Notes: a model not told the origin generated them from the letters alone. Shown: positions 29,019-40,368, counted from the stretch's first letter. The stretch is DNA of 64,000 nucleotides from Candidatus Latescibacterota bacterium (GCA_965261395.1 OZ253462.1:544001-608000), one strand, 5' to 3'. A program made the numbers and translations.

Positions 29019-29213
29019 AGGCGATATATGATATGGGAAAAGAAAATCAGAATCTATGCGGTATATCTCTAGAATACAGGGGATATGCCAATGGCCAACG
29101 GCGAAAGTTCAGGCTGTGCTTGACAGTGCGCATAACCTGCGCCGTTGGGAAGAAAAACAAAAGGTGGGCTTGCAGACCCGCAATCAGCCCATCACGGGAG
29201 AAATGATACCGAG

Positions 29214-30428
29214 ATGATTATCAAGCAGATCGAGACCATCCGAATCGAGTCGCAGCCGCAGATCATATGGGTACAGATTCACACTGACACGGGGATCATA
29301 GGACTGGGTGAGACCTTTTACGCGCCGCAGGTGGTGGATGCGGCCGTCCACGATTGGTTCGGTCCCCTGCTTATCGGACGCGAGCCAGGGGCCATCGAGC
29401 GTCACTGGGAGGCCATGTTCCGGTTATCGGATCATGCCGGGTACGGCGGCGCTGAGATGCGCGCAATCTCCGCCATAGACATGGCACTCTGGGATATCAA
29501 GGGTCAGGCCGTGGACCTCCCGATATACGAACTACTGGGCGGCGCCGTGCGGAAGAAGATCCCCGCTTACGTGAATGACTTGCCCTACGAGGGCGCGGGA
29601 GAGAAGGCCAAGTATTATCTCGATCAGGGGTTCACCGCGATGAAGGGTGGTCCCACGATTGTGCTTGCCCAGGCCACGGATGGTCAGTCGCTAACGCCGA
29701 AAGAACTCGATATGGCGCTGAAACCCATCCGAGATATTCGAGACGCAGTAGGCATGGATATGCAGATCGCCAACGACGGTCACGGCAAGTGGACGCTACC
29801 CGTTGCCATTCGCATCGCGCAGGCTATGGAGCCGTACGAGATCATGTGGCAGGAAGATCTGATGCCGCTGCTCAACCCGGATGCCCTAGCCCGGCTGCAG
29901 GCCGCCACGAAGACGCCAGTCTGCATATCCGAGCGGCTACTCACGCGCTGGCAACTCCGTCACTTCATCGAGAACGGTTCCGCTCGTATCGTTATGCCAG
30001 ACCTGATTTGGACCGGCGGCATCTCTGAGACCCACAAGCTCGCCATCCTAGCATCCGCGCATCAGGTTCCAATTGCACCCCACGACGCCACCGGCCCCGT
30101 AAACATATTTGCGTGTGCGCAGATCCTCATGAACGCCCCTAATGGCATGATCATGGAGCACGTGCCGTCGATGTATAAGGGTTGGTACAACGAGGTAGTG
30201 GACCCTAACGTGGATATTCACGACGGATTCCTCCACGCACCCGATAGACCGGGTATCGGCACTCGTCTCAAGGCCGGACTCCGCGACCGCTCGGACGTGA
30301 TTGTGCGCGTCAGCGACACTCCTGGCACAAGTGTAATCGATCACTACGGGCCAGCCGCCCAGCGGACGCCACAGAATCAGGCCCTTGTCGACGAGATGGA
30401 GATCGAGCGCGGGCCACAGCAAGCGTGA
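29214..30428 (+). CDS. Mandelate racemase / acid-sugar dehydratase (enolase superfamily)
   Basis: 'GIIGLGET', 'SAIDMALWDIKG', 'LLGG', 'APHD', 'PGIG'. Confidence 0.9.
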   Translation: MIIKQIETIRIESQPQIIWVQIHTDTGIIGLGETFYAPQVVDAAVHDWFGPLLIGREPGAIERHWEAMFRLSDHAGYGGAEMRAISAIDMALWDIKGQAVDLPIYELLGGAVRKKIPAYVNDLPYEGAGEKAKYYLDQGFTAMKGGPTIVLAQATDGQSLTPKELDMALKPIRDIRDAVGMDMQIANDGHGKWTLPVAIRIAQAMEPYEIMWQEDLMPLLNPDALARLQAATKTPVCISERLLTRWQLRHFIENGSARIVMPDLIWTGGISETHKLAILASAHQVPIAPHDATGPVNIFACAQILMNAPNGMIMEHVPSMYKGWYNEVVDPNVDIHDGFLHAPDRPGIGTRLKAGLRDRSDVIVRVSDTPGTSVIDHYGPAAQRTPQNQALVDEMEIERGPQQA

Positions 30429-30457
30429 AATCGGGACAGTGATCAGGAGGCACCAAG

Positions 30458-30943
30458 ATGGAGAATATCATCCTCTCGATGTGGATTTTCGCTGGGTCCC
30501 TGCAAATCGCTTTCCTAGTCGCTTTGATAGCGATCGCCCAGACTCTTCGACGATCATTTGCAATTCAGAGCCCGTATTGGATTGTTCTCTTTTTCTGTCT
30601 GAAATCCTTGGGGCAGTATGCTGATCCCTTCCTGATGGGACTGCTTACTGAGGAACTGATGGCGTTCACAGTGCCAAACGCGTCGTTCACCTTAGGTCAG
30701 CTATTTGCACTTCTCAGTTCTGCTCACCTGATATTCATACTGCTGGGTGCTTTCGGCCTCCTCGCCCTGGTCTTGGCGGACCTATCCCATTCTTTGCAGG
30801 GCGCAGACGACATACGCCCCTCACGTTGGTTTCAGTGTTTCGAGTTGGTTGGCCGTCACCGACTCGGATTCGGGTTGGCTACGGTGCTGCTGGCTGTCGC
30901 GCACCCTGCCCTTCTGGTGGGCCTTCTGTTGAGTAGCAATTGA
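30458..30943 (+). CDS. Hypothetical membrane protein
   Basis: AGGAGG RBS; about four hydrophobic segments. Confidence 0.55.
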   Translation: MENIILSMWIFAGSLQIAFLVALIAIAQTLRRSFAIQSPYWIVLFFCLKSLGQYADPFLMGLLTEELMAFTVPNASFTLGQLFALLSSAHLIFILLGAFGLLALVLADLSHSLQGADDIRPSRWFQCFELVGRHRLGFGLATVLLAVAHPALLVGLLLSSN

Positions 30944-31256
30944 GACTGGCAGACCGGACGAATCGAGGCCGACCACTGAGACCGACTGGCCGGTTTACCA
31001 TGGCACGGACGGAAATCAGACGGGTTATAGCCCGGATGCGGGGCCTGCCAAAGGCAAAATAGCATGGCGCGTAGCTAAGGGGAATTTCTGGTATGCCACT
31101 CCCGTGATCGAAAACGGTAAAGTGTATACTGCCGCGCCTGGGGGGGGGGTGAGGAGTGCCGGCCTTGTATGGCAACAGAGTCTTCTCCCATCATCGCAAC
31201 GGCTATTTCTTCGCTATAGAGTAAGTATCTTGTTGGGCATAGGAGGTTACCTCCGC

Positions 31257-32522
31257 TCAGCGGTAAAACTCCGCCAGTGGATAAATACGCAGCACCATCT
31301 CGCCCGGCTTCCTCGCCCTCCCTTTCCGTTCCCCCAGTGTCACCGCTTCCCGGGCGTCCTCGTCCGCTTCGACCCAGCTCCGGTGGTAGGTCAGGTACAC
31401 CTTATCGCCCGCAAACCACACATTGGGGTAGTCGAAGGTGGTGAAACCCTCCGGCAGCGTGCCCACTTCGGGCAGTCCGACCACCGGCGTAATCGGCTCC
31501 TGCGGCACCACCCGCTCCACGTCCTCCATACCGTCGCTCACCTCGATTGTCTTGAACCACTCCCAGCTCGCTCCACTATCCCTGGAAATCGCCGCCGACA
31601 GTCGCCCCCGCCGGTAGCCCCGTTTGATCTCATCCCGTGACACCTGGTTCCACACACACAGTAAGTCGCCCGTGCTCGGAATCCGCCGCAACCTCGGCGG
31701 CGAATACGAACTCGCCAGATCGTTCGGCAAAATCGGCGTCCAGGTCTGGCCGCCGTCTTCGCTGGCGCTCTGCACCAGCCGCCCCACCGTAGACCGTGCC
31801 AGCAGCATCACCCGCCCATCCGCGCATTCCGACACACTCGGTTCATCCACCGCCGTGATTCCTCCGCGCCCGTTGGGAATGCCCTCCGCGTCGAACCAGC
31901 CCATCAGTTGCCCCTGGCACTGCTGCCACGTCTGTCCCTCGTCGTCCGCATAACTCACCGCGGCGATATCCACCTCCGGATAGTGATAATGTCCGCTTAC
32001 CTGCAACCGCAGCCCCTTCCAAGTCCCGTAACTGCTCACCCGATCATATTCCAAACCCGGGTGCCGGTTGTTGCTGTGACAGATCCGGCTGGGCATCAGT
32101 AACCGCCCGCTCGACAGCTGAATCATCGCATCGTGGTACGGCCCGCCCAGCAGCTTCATCGGCCACGCACCCGCCCAGGTCTGGCCGCCGTCTTCAGACA
32201 CCGACAGATAAAAGGGATTCCAGTTGAACATCTCTGTCCCCCGTCCCGCCTCCTCCCTGCCCCGGTGCGCCAGCGCCAGCTTGCCCGACTGCAGCTTTAT
32301 ACATGACAGGTTGGACGGACTTCCCATCGCCTCGCAGTTCAGCGGCCGCGGCTCGCCCCAGGTCTGTCCGCCGTCGGTCGAGATATGGCAGCGACTCCCC
32401 ATAATCATCATCAAGGAGCCATCGTCTAAGACCACCATCCCATTGCCTGAACCGGTACCGATGCCGGTCTGCTCCACCACCCCTTCCGGCGCTGGCTTGC
32501 GAAAATCCGGTTTAGCCGCCAT
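31257..32522 (-). CDS. BNR/Asp-box sialidase-family protein
   Basis: Repeated S.DGGQTW Asp-boxes; start MAAKPDFRK. Confidence 0.85.
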   Translation of the reverse strand: MAAKPDFRKPAPEGVVEQTGIGTGSGNGMVVLDDGSLMMIMGSRCHISTDGGQTWGEPRPLNCEAMGSPSNLSCIKLQSGKLALAHRGREEAGRGTEMFNWNPFYLSVSEDGGQTWAGAWPMKLLGGPYHDAMIQLSSGRLLMPSRICHSNNRHPGLEYDRVSSYGTWKGLRLQVSGHYHYPEVDIAAVSYADDEGQTWQQCQGQLMGWFDAEGIPNGRGGITAVDEPSVSECADGRVMLLARSTVGRLVQSASEDGGQTWTPILPNDLASSYSPPRLRRIPSTGDLLCVWNQVSRDEIKRGYRRGRLSAAISRDSGASWEWFKTIEVSDGMEDVERVVPQEPITPVVGLPEVGTLPEGFTTFDYPNVWFAGDKVYLTYHRSWVEADEDAREAVTLGERKGRARKPGEMVLRIYPLAEFYR

Positions 32523-32803
32523 CCGTCCGATCCTCCCCCAAAAAAAATCGACCCAAGTAGCAAAATATCTTCCAGGGGAAGAGATAGGGAGTGGCCATGC
32601 CGAAGTCAAACGCAATTGGACGGAGCATCTCTCGTTGGAAGAGGGGCGGGCGCATCTCTGCTTGCAGGATCGCCCCACAATCATGTACTTTGACAACGTG
32701 AAACATCGTGGGAAACGCACACCTGCCGACGCAAACCGGCAAGAACATTATGTGCAAGGCTGTTTGATAATATCTCCCCGTCAAGTTCATCAGGAGACTT
32801 TCC

Positions 32804-33586
32804 ATGAGAATTCTTATCTTGGGCGATTTGGAGGGCACGGCCGGCATCGTAGATTTCAAAACTCAGACCTACGACGGGGGTCGCGACAACGAACAGGCCA
32901 AATATCTGGCCACTCTGGAGATCAACGCCCTCATAGACGGTGCTATAGAAGGAGGCGCCACAGATCCTATCGTGCTGGACGGACACGGCAGTGGTGGAAT
33001 CAATATCGAACATATCCACCGTGAAGCCCGGGTGATATTCGGCCGCCCCAGGGGCTCCGTGTGGGAGATGGGATTGACATTTGAGGCGCAGTTTTTGTAT
33101 GGCCATCACGCGATGGACAACACACCTAATGGTGTGCTGTGTCATAGCTGGAGCTCCCGCAGCATTGCCAACTGCTGGTTGAACGATGAACTGATCGGTG
33201 AAATTGGTTTCAACATGGCTCATGCCGGTGAGGTTGGCGTGCCCACGGTTTTCGTCAGCGGGGATCGGGCTGCTGTGGACGAGGCCCGACGTTACGTTCC
33301 TGCCATCGAAGGCGTTGTCGTGAAAGAGGGGCTCAGCCGCACGGGTGCTCTCACCCTCTCTCCCACTAAAGCTCGGGATTTGATCCGCGAGGGCGCTCGC
33401 AAGGCCATGGGGCGGATCGGGGAAATCGCACCTTATACAATCCCATCCCCGTATATTTTCGTGACCGAATATCAGTCCGCTGCTAGTGCCGAGGCCAAAG
33501 CTGCCCGTGAGGACGTTGAGCGAGTAGACACCCACACCATCAAAATAACCGGCGATACCATCGCTGAAATTGGTGGAAAAAGATGA
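32804..33586 (+). CDS. M55 family D-aminopeptidase (DppA-like)
   Basis: 'DLEG', 'DGHG', 'GVLCHSW', 'VSGD', 'VVVKEG'. Confidence 0.9.
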   Translation: MRILILGDLEGTAGIVDFKTQTYDGGRDNEQAKYLATLEINALIDGAIEGGATDPIVLDGHGSGGINIEHIHREARVIFGRPRGSVWEMGLTFEAQFLYGHHAMDNTPNGVLCHSWSSRSIANCWLNDELIGEIGFNMAHAGEVGVPTVFVSGDRAAVDEARRYVPAIEGVVVKEGLSRTGALTLSPTKARDLIREGARKAMGRIGEIAPYTIPSPYIFVTEYQSAASAEAKAAREDVERVDTHTIKITGDTIAEIGGKR

Positions 33587-33614
33587 CATGGACTAGGCGG
33601 GTTCTCCCGAGGAC

Positions 33615-33680
33615 ATGAAAGCCGTTCTCTTTGATCTGTATGAGACGCTGGTAACTGGATACAATCCAGCGAGGAATTGA
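33615..33680 (+). pseudogene. N-terminal stub of a HAD hydrolase
   Basis: MKAVLFDLYETLVTGYNPARN-stop with GAGGA RBS. Confidence 0.55.
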
Positions 33681-33681
33681 T

Positions 33682-35628
33682 TTGGCGGAACGACCGAATT
33701 TTGTCTGGATAAATACACACGATGTGAGTGCGAGGAATCTGGGGTGTTATGGCGATGATTATGCCACAACCCCTCATCTCGATACGCTGGCTGCAGAAGG
33801 CGTTCGCTACGCGAACGCTCTTGCCTGTGGGCCTATTTGTTCACCCGCGCGCACAAGTATTTTTACCGGAATGCATCAAACGACTGTGGGTACGCATCAT
33901 CATCGAAGTTTTGCCAGACGTCCTGATTTTGTGCAAATGTTGCCGCATTATCTGATGGCAGCAGGGTATAACTGTTCGGCGATTAATACTGATTTGAACA
34001 CGGACATTGATCCTGACGAATGGGCAGCGTATCAGAGCAATGATGCGCTTTTGCAACAAGCAGATGAGAAGCCTTTTTTTGCCGTCCATAGCTTCCGTGA
34101 GTCCCATGCCAGTGTATTTAAACTGACTCCAGAGCAAGCGCGAGCAGAGCGATCGAGCTTGTTAAAGGATGAAGAATTGCACGATCCTGACAATGCACCA
34201 CTTCCTGTTTTTATGCCTGATACACCGCTTGCGAGAGAACGCACCGCTCTTTTTTACGATGGCTTGATGCAGGTTGATCGTCACGTGGGCAAGGTGATAG
34301 AAAATTTGGTATCCGCGGGTGTGCTGGACAATACGATTGTTTTCTTTTGGTCTGATCATGGTACCGGTTTTCCGCGGGGCAAGACGCACGTTTATGAAGA
34401 TGGTTTGCGGGTGCCGTTGATTATTCGCTTTCCCGAGCAATATCAACATCTGGCACCAGGACTGCCAGGAACGGTGGTGGATGATCTGGTGATGACGATG
34501 GATATGGGTGCATCTGTTTTGAGCATGATGGATGTGCAAATTCCCAAACATTTTCAAGGACAGGCATTTCTGGGTAAGCAAAAAGAACCGTATCGCGAGT
34601 ATGTCTGTGGGGCGCGGGATCGCCTGGACAATTGCAATGAGATGATTCGCACGATTCGGCGTGAGCAATATCGCTACATTCGCAACTTTTTGCCTCATCG
34701 CCCCTATGCTTCGTTTTGGCCAGATGGCGGTTTCTTTGCGACGCCACCCGAACAAGGAACACCTGAGCATGATTTCTGGGATACGTCCTGTTTGCCCGGA
34801 GAGTTGAAAATGCACGATCCCGATGGGGTGTTTTTGATGCCGATTCCCGCGGCGTATTCTGCATATTTGATCTGGCAGGCAAAGAAGCCATTTGAAGAAC
34901 TGTATGATGTTGAGAATGACCCGGAAGAGATTGCCAATCTGGCTGATGATCCTGAATACAGTGATCTCAAAGATCAGATGCGAACGCAGTTGTTTGAGTG
35001 GATGATTGAGACGCGAGATCTGGGGCTGATCGATGAAACTGAGATGATCGTGCGTGCGACTGAGTATAGCGGTGTGAATTATGAAGTGGGCGCACATTGC
35101 GAAAACTATGCGCATATCCTGGAGACCGCAGATTTTCCTCGATTAGGTGAAGCTGGCAGAGCTGGATTAATTGACCGACTTGATGATCCCGATAGTGCTG
35201 TGCGTTATTGGGCGATTACGGGATTGACGTCGTATGAGGTGGAGGATACAGTTCTGCAAAAGATCGGTCCACTTGTTCAGGATGAATCGATCAGTGTGAG
35301 TCTTGCGGCGGCTGACTTGCTTTGCCAAAACGACCATACAGAAGGCGCGATGCCTGCATTGGAACGTGCGTTGCAAAGTGATCTGCTCTGGGCACGGTTT
35401 CGAGCGGGTGCAAATTTGTCTTTTTATAACCGAGAGCTCCTGGCGCAGATGAAGGCGTTGATCCCCGCTTTGCAAGCTGCGCTGGATAACCCGATTTGTT
35501 ATGGCCCTTTTGAATCCGATTGGGATGCGTTGATTCCGCCTGTTCAGACCATGTATCGCGCGCAAAAAAATACGATCGTTGGTGAGTGGGTTTTGCAACG
35601 CGTGATAAAGCGTATTGAACTGGCGTGA
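33682..35628 (+). CDS. Cys-type sulfatase with C-terminal HEAT-like repeats
   Basis: 'RPNFVWI', CSPAR formylglycine motif, 'SDHG', 'EELYD'. Confidence 0.92.
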   Translation: MAERPNFVWINTHDVSARNLGCYGDDYATTPHLDTLAAEGVRYANALACGPICSPARTSIFTGMHQTTVGTHHHRSFARRPDFVQMLPHYLMAAGYNCSAINTDLNTDIDPDEWAAYQSNDALLQQADEKPFFAVHSFRESHASVFKLTPEQARAERSSLLKDEELHDPDNAPLPVFMPDTPLARERTALFYDGLMQVDRHVGKVIENLVSAGVLDNTIVFFWSDHGTGFPRGKTHVYEDGLRVPLIIRFPEQYQHLAPGLPGTVVDDLVMTMDMGASVLSMMDVQIPKHFQGQAFLGKQKEPYREYVCGARDRLDNCNEMIRTIRREQYRYIRNFLPHRPYASFWPDGGFFATPPEQGTPEHDFWDTSCLPGELKMHDPDGVFLMPIPAAYSAYLIWQAKKPFEELYDVENDPEEIANLADDPEYSDLKDQMRTQLFEWMIETRDLGLIDETEMIVRATEYSGVNYEVGAHCENYAHILETADFPRLGEAGRAGLIDRLDDPDSAVRYWAITGLTSYEVEDTVLQKIGPLVQDESISVSLAAADLLCQNDHTEGAMPALERALQSDLLWARFRAGANLSFYNRELLAQMKALIPALQAALDNPICYGPFESDWDALIPPVQTMYRAQKNTIVGEWVLQRVIKRIELA

Positions 35629-35644
35629 TCAGAGGAAGGAGCTC

Positions 35645-36712
35645 ATGAGTCCGACGAAAGTCGCCGTGATCGGGTGCGGCCAGATCGCAACCACACAACA
35701 TCTGCCGGCCTACCGGGAGGCAGCAGATGCCGGGGTCTGCTCGCTCGTGGGCGTATGCGATCTGGAGCCCGAACGGGTGTCGCGGGCCGGAAAGCAGTTT
35801 GCAGTCGCCGGATTTCAGGACGCGGAAGAGATGCTCGAAAAGACCAGGCCCGATGTCGTGAGCATCGCCACGCTGCCCGCGAGTCATCGAAACCTCGCGG
35901 TGATGTGCCTGGAGGCGGGATGTCACGTCCTGTGCGAGAAGCCCGTGGCGATGGATGCGGGCGAGGCCCGGGACATGGTCCACGCCGCCGAAACGAACAA
36001 TCGACTGCTGAGCATCTGCTTCGAATACCGAACCTGGGACGAGTCCCGGTACCTGAGAGACCGAATCGCAGACGGCGTCCTCGGTCGCGTACACGCCGTT
36101 CGAACGTGGGGAGGGTGTGCCTACGGACTGCCGGAGAGAGCGCACCGGTCGCGTGGATCGAACGGCGGCGGCGTTCTCGCACACTGGACGATCCACAACC
36201 TCGACCTCGTGCTCTGGCTGCTTGGCAACCCCGACCCGCTGACCGCCAGCGCATTCTGCCATCAGCGGGCCTCCGCTTACCCGGCGGCGGCCGGACCCAT
36301 GCGAGACGACATCGATCCGGCGTCGCTCGATCCGGATTTCGAGGACTTCGGTGCCGGCTTCATTCGGCTGTCCGGCAACACCATCCTGACTGTGGAAGCG
36401 AATTTTCTTCAGGCACCCTCTGATAGACGCGAAGGCTGGGCCTTTCTCGGAGACCGGGGTGCCGCGTCCATCTCACCACTCAGAATCTGGACCGACGACG
36501 GACGATCGTGGCGTGAGGAGACCCCCGCCAGGGGCACGTTGAAGCCTTGCGACTACGATATGAGGCGGCTGATCAACGATTTCCTGCGTGCCGTCCGTCA
36601 GGGTGAGGTGTCTCCCGTTTCGGGCAGGGAGATCGTGCGAATTCAGCGGCTCATGGACGCGCTCTATGCCTCGGCGTCGTCCGGGCAAGAGGTCGCTGTG
36701 GCAGGAGCCTGA
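35645..36712 (+). CDS. Gfo/Idh/MocA oxidoreductase
   Basis: 'VIGCGQIA', 'HVLCEKPVA', 'GGGVL...IHNLD'. Confidence 0.9.
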   Translation: MSPTKVAVIGCGQIATTQHLPAYREAADAGVCSLVGVCDLEPERVSRAGKQFAVAGFQDAEEMLEKTRPDVVSIATLPASHRNLAVMCLEAGCHVLCEKPVAMDAGEARDMVHAAETNNRLLSICFEYRTWDESRYLRDRIADGVLGRVHAVRTWGGCAYGLPERAHRSRGSNGGGVLAHWTIHNLDLVLWLLGNPDPLTASAFCHQRASAYPAAAGPMRDDIDPASLDPDFEDFGAGFIRLSGNTILTVEANFLQAPSDRREGWAFLGDRGAASISPLRIWTDDGRSWREETPARGTLKPCDYDMRRLINDFLRAVRQGEVSPVSGREIVRIQRLMDALYASASSGQEVAVAGA

Positions 36713-36733
36713 GACATCGGGACAACACACACT

Positions 36734-37342
36734 ATGGGACTTGTCTACATTGAGTACATCAGCCGTCTGCCGGGCATCGATCTGGAGACGTTTCGCGCGC
36801 AGGCCGCACGGGGCCAGGAGGGATGGGAGAGCGGGTATGAGGACGAGTTGGTTCTGTCCGTCGGTCGCACGTGGCGATTGGGGCCCGACCCGGGCTACAT
36901 GACGGTCTGGCACACGCGGAACGCCGGCCTTGACAGGATCGACGCGTGGGACCGGATCTTTCGCAGCGGCGAGGCGGACGACCTAGAACAGCCGTTCTTT
37001 CAGGTCGCGCGGATCGACGTGGCCGGCTGCTACGATCCGCTGCTCGAACCAGTCCCGGCCCGCAACGGTACCTACTACGCCGAGTTTTTCGGTGTCCACG
37101 ACACCGCGGATACCGTCAGGAGCTTCTACAAGAGCCGTGCAAAACAGCATCCTGAGTTCACCCTCAATCTCCTCGTCCAGAGAATCGGGAAGCTGGCTCC
37201 CGAACCCGGCGGTCTGGCCGTCTGGACCATCCCCGACTTCGCAGCGCTGGATTCCGTGGCAACCGAACTGGACGGAGTCAACGCCCCGATTAGGCTTTCC
37301 GCCGCAGGGACCTATGCCGACTTCGGCAGGGAGATCCTGTGA
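36734..37342 (+). CDS. Hypothetical protein
   Basis: Open 202-aa frame co-oriented in the gene run; no family recognised. Confidence 0.6.
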   Translation: MGLVYIEYISRLPGIDLETFRAQAARGQEGWESGYEDELVLSVGRTWRLGPDPGYMTVWHTRNAGLDRIDAWDRIFRSGEADDLEQPFFQVARIDVAGCYDPLLEPVPARNGTYYAEFFGVHDTADTVRSFYKSRAKQHPEFTLNLLVQRIGKLAPEPGGLAVWTIPDFAALDSVATELDGVNAPIRLSAAGTYADFGREIL

Positions 37343-37374
37343 GGGGCGGCCAGGAAGGCTCTAGGAGATCAAAA

Positions 37375-38340
37375 ATGGTAGATCTGCAAGTTCGGCGCTT
37401 GGGGCGTACAGAGATGAAACCGAAGGCATTTGGATTGGGTGGCGGATATCTGGGCTTTCCCGAACTGACGTCGGAGGAGGAAGCCACGGCGATGATTCGG
37501 GAGGCCCTTGAGCGGGGCATCGATTTTATTGATACGGCTCCGCCATACGGCGATGGCGAGAGCGAGCGCCGCATCGGTTTGGCCTTGGCGGGTGGATGGC
37601 GAGAAAAAGTGTATCTCCAAACCAAGGTGGGTTCTCATCCGCGCTTTTTTCACGATTTTTCAAAAGAAGCGACATCGTGGAGTTTGGAAAACAGCTTCAA
37701 ACAGCTTCAGACGGACTATGTGGATTCCGTGTTGATTCACGGCCCGCGCTACGACATGGAACCCCTGTTGGCGCCGGAGGCTTGTTTGGATGTGTTGCTC
37801 GATTGGAAAGCGCAGGGACGCATCGGGCACCTTGGCATCGCTGTGCGACAGCATGAACTTCATTAGCGGGCGATTGAAACAGGCGCAATAGACATTGTGT
37901 TGTCATTTTTGGATTACACCTTGCTGGACCAGTCCCTCGCCAAAACGACCATTCCTCTGGCGCTGGAACGCGATATAGGAATCATTCTGGGCAGAGTATT
38001 GGTCGGCTCACTGCTGGCCGGTCCAGAACCCCAGCGCGTGCAAGAAGAGCTGTCCCTAGATCAAGACGGGAATCTCATACCGGCGGCCATCGGTGGGCCG
38101 GACGACCCCGCCGTGGTGCCGCGCGCACACCACATGTGGCGATGGTGCCAAGAACGGGGGTTGAACATCCGAGACCTGGCCATGCAGTTCGCGCTCAATG
38201 CGCCGGTTGAAGGCAATGGCATAGTCCTCGTCGGACCCGCCAACCGCAGGGAACTCGGCGAGGTATATGCCAGCGCCACGACAGAGGTACCCGAAACGGT
38301 GTGGCAGGACTTTGAGGCTGCGTTTGGGATAAGGATTTGA
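37375..38340 (+). pseudogene. Aldo/keto reductase with an in-frame amber stop
   Basis: 'IDTAPPYG', 'TKVG'; TAG at 37864-37866; same frame continues RAIETGAIDIVLSFLDY. Confidence 0.85.
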
Positions 38341-38406
38341 GGGTTCAATACCCTAGAGGCGCTATGCGGGGTTATAGAAACAAGAAATCGTAGAGGAGCA
38401 AAAGAT

Positions 38407-39186
38407 ATGAGACTGGAAGGCAGAGTGGCGCTGGTGGCGGGTGGTGCCGGTTCGATGGGCAGCGCGGTGGCGCAACTCTTCGCCGCAGAAGGTGCGGCCA
38501 TCTGTGTGGCCGATATGGATAAAGAGCGCGCCGACAAGGTGGCGGGTGAGATCGTCGGGCGCGGCGGGCGAGCGATCGCCACCGCATTGGACGTCTGCCA
38601 AGCCGGGCAGTGGGAGCAGGCGGTAGTGGCGGCAGAAGAGGCCTTCGGCCACCTCGATTTGATGGCCAATCTCTCGGGCAGCAACTACCGCGTCAGCTTT
38701 GACGAGCAGACCGAAGAGATGTGGCGGAATATCATCGACGTCAACCTAACCGCTTGTTTTATCGGTATCAAGGCGGTAGTGCCAGCCATGCGCCGAGCGG
38801 GGCGCGGGGTGATGTTGCACGTGGGGTCGCTGGGCTCGATTCGCCAGGGAGCGGGCAGCCCAGCTTATGGCGTCAGCAAGATCGGGTTGGTGGCCTTGAC
38901 GCGCAGCGCCGCCGCCTCGTATGCCCAAGACAATATCCGCTGCGTGCTGGTGTCGCCAGGCCACGTGGATACGAATTTTATTCGCAGCGATTCGGCACAC
39001 AGTCCCAATAGCTGGGAGACCAGTATCGAAAATCCCGCCAACTACGAGCGCCGCAGAGCGTCGACGCCGCTGGGGCGGCTGTGTTTGCCCGAGGATATTG
39101 CCAAGACCTTTCTTTTCGCCGCTTCGGATGAGGCGGCGATGATTACGGGGTCAATGATCACCGTGGATGGCGGCGCGGGAATTTGA
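38407..39186 (+). CDS. Short-chain dehydrogenase/reductase
   Basis: 'GGAGSMG', YGVSK catalytic motif, 'TVDGG'. Confidence 0.95.
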   Translation: MRLEGRVALVAGGAGSMGSAVAQLFAAEGAAICVADMDKERADKVAGEIVGRGGRAIATALDVCQAGQWEQAVVAAEEAFGHLDLMANLSGSNYRVSFDEQTEEMWRNIIDVNLTACFIGIKAVVPAMRRAGRGVMLHVGSLGSIRQGAGSPAYGVSKIGLVALTRSAAASYAQDNIRCVLVSPGHVDTNFIRSDSAHSPNSWETSIENPANYERRRASTPLGRLCLPEDIAKTFLFAASDEAAMITGSMITVDGGAGI

Positions 39187-39313
39187 GCGTATGGCGCGCT
39201 TGGCATTGCGCCATCAGATCGCGAACACCACCGATCATTGCTGAAGCCCAAACTGCTCTCTTGGCTAACGAGAGAACTTATTGATGTACTTTTTTTATTG
39301 GAATAACTGATTT

Positions 39314-40363
39314 ATGGTAACAGCTAAAAAAAAGATTCTCGTCGTTGGCACGGGTACAATAGGTGAATGTCATACGCGTTGTATACTTGCAACAAATCGC
39401 GCAGAAGTTTCAGTTTGTGAAACCAACGACAATCTGCGTAAAAAGATAGCAGATAATTATAAAATCAAAAATAGCTATGCCGATTTTACATTGGCCCTCG
39501 AAGCAGGACATGACGCTATTGTGATCGCAACGCCTGCGCACCTACATATTCCCATGGCGCAACAAGCAGCAGAGTCTGGTCTACATCTATTGATCGAAAA
39601 ACCATTATCTATAAGTCTAGATGGGATTGATCATCTCGATAGAACTATCAGGGAGCGGAAGCTCGTTGCTGGAGTCGCTTATGTCTTACGCCAAATCCCT
39701 GTACTTTCAGCAATGAAGGAAGCCCTCGACAGTGAACGCTTTGGACGACCCTTGCATATTACTGTTACCAGGGGCCAACACTTCCCCACCTACCGACCCA
39801 ATTACAGAGAAATTTATTACGCCAGTCATGCCATGGGAGGAGGCGCTATTCAGGATGGGCTAACACATCTTATCAATGCCGTAAGTTGGCTCGCTGGACC
39901 AGTCGAACGCCTAGTTGCCGACTGCGCGCATCAAGTTTTGGAAGGAGTTGAAGTAGAAGACACAGTCAACGTCTTAACCCGTCATGGCGACGCGCTCGCC
40001 TCCTTTAGCATGAATCAATATCAAGCCCCTGATGAAGGAGTGATCACCGTGGTCTGTGAACGCGGCACGTTGCGATCTGAAATTCATTGTAATCGCCTGC
40101 GCTGGATGATGGAACCTGGAACTGAGTGGCAGGAAGAGTCTTGGCCAGATTTTGCGCGCGAACATGCGTTTATATCCCAAGCGAACCTTTTTTTTGACGC
40201 CATCGACGGCAAGAGTGAAATGTCCTGTAACCTATCCGAAGCGCGTCATACCCTCGAGTGTAATCTTGCTATCCTAGAGGCATCTCGCAATCCTTCCAAT
40301 TGGAAAATATTATGCCCCCCAGACAAGAGGGCCAAAAGACACTCCACCGCTTATCAGGAATAG
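39314..40363 (+). CDS. Gfo/Idh/MocA oxidoreductase
   Basis: 'VGTGTIG', 'ATPAHLH', 'LIEKPL'; lower GC. Confidence 0.9.
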   Translation: MVTAKKKILVVGTGTIGECHTRCILATNRAEVSVCETNDNLRKKIADNYKIKNSYADFTLALEAGHDAIVIATPAHLHIPMAQQAAESGLHLLIEKPLSISLDGIDHLDRTIRERKLVAGVAYVLRQIPVLSAMKEALDSERFGRPLHITVTRGQHFPTYRPNYREIYYASHAMGGGAIQDGLTHLINAVSWLAGPVERLVADCAHQVLEGVEVEDTVNVLTRHGDALASFSMNQYQAPDEGVITVVCERGTLRSEIHCNRLRWMMEPGTEWQEESWPDFAREHAFISQANLFFDAIDGKSEMSCNLSEARHTLECNLAILEASRNPSNWKILCPPDKRAKRHSTAYQE

Positions 40364-40368
40364 AATAT

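Noticed and set aside
29128-29150. Collapsed attC (GCATAAC...GTTGGGA)
   Set aside because: Too short to form the stem; could be chance.
31140-31149. G10 tract as a phase-variation switch
   Set aside because: Lies in a gene remnant between convergent genes, not in an intact ORF or evident promoter.
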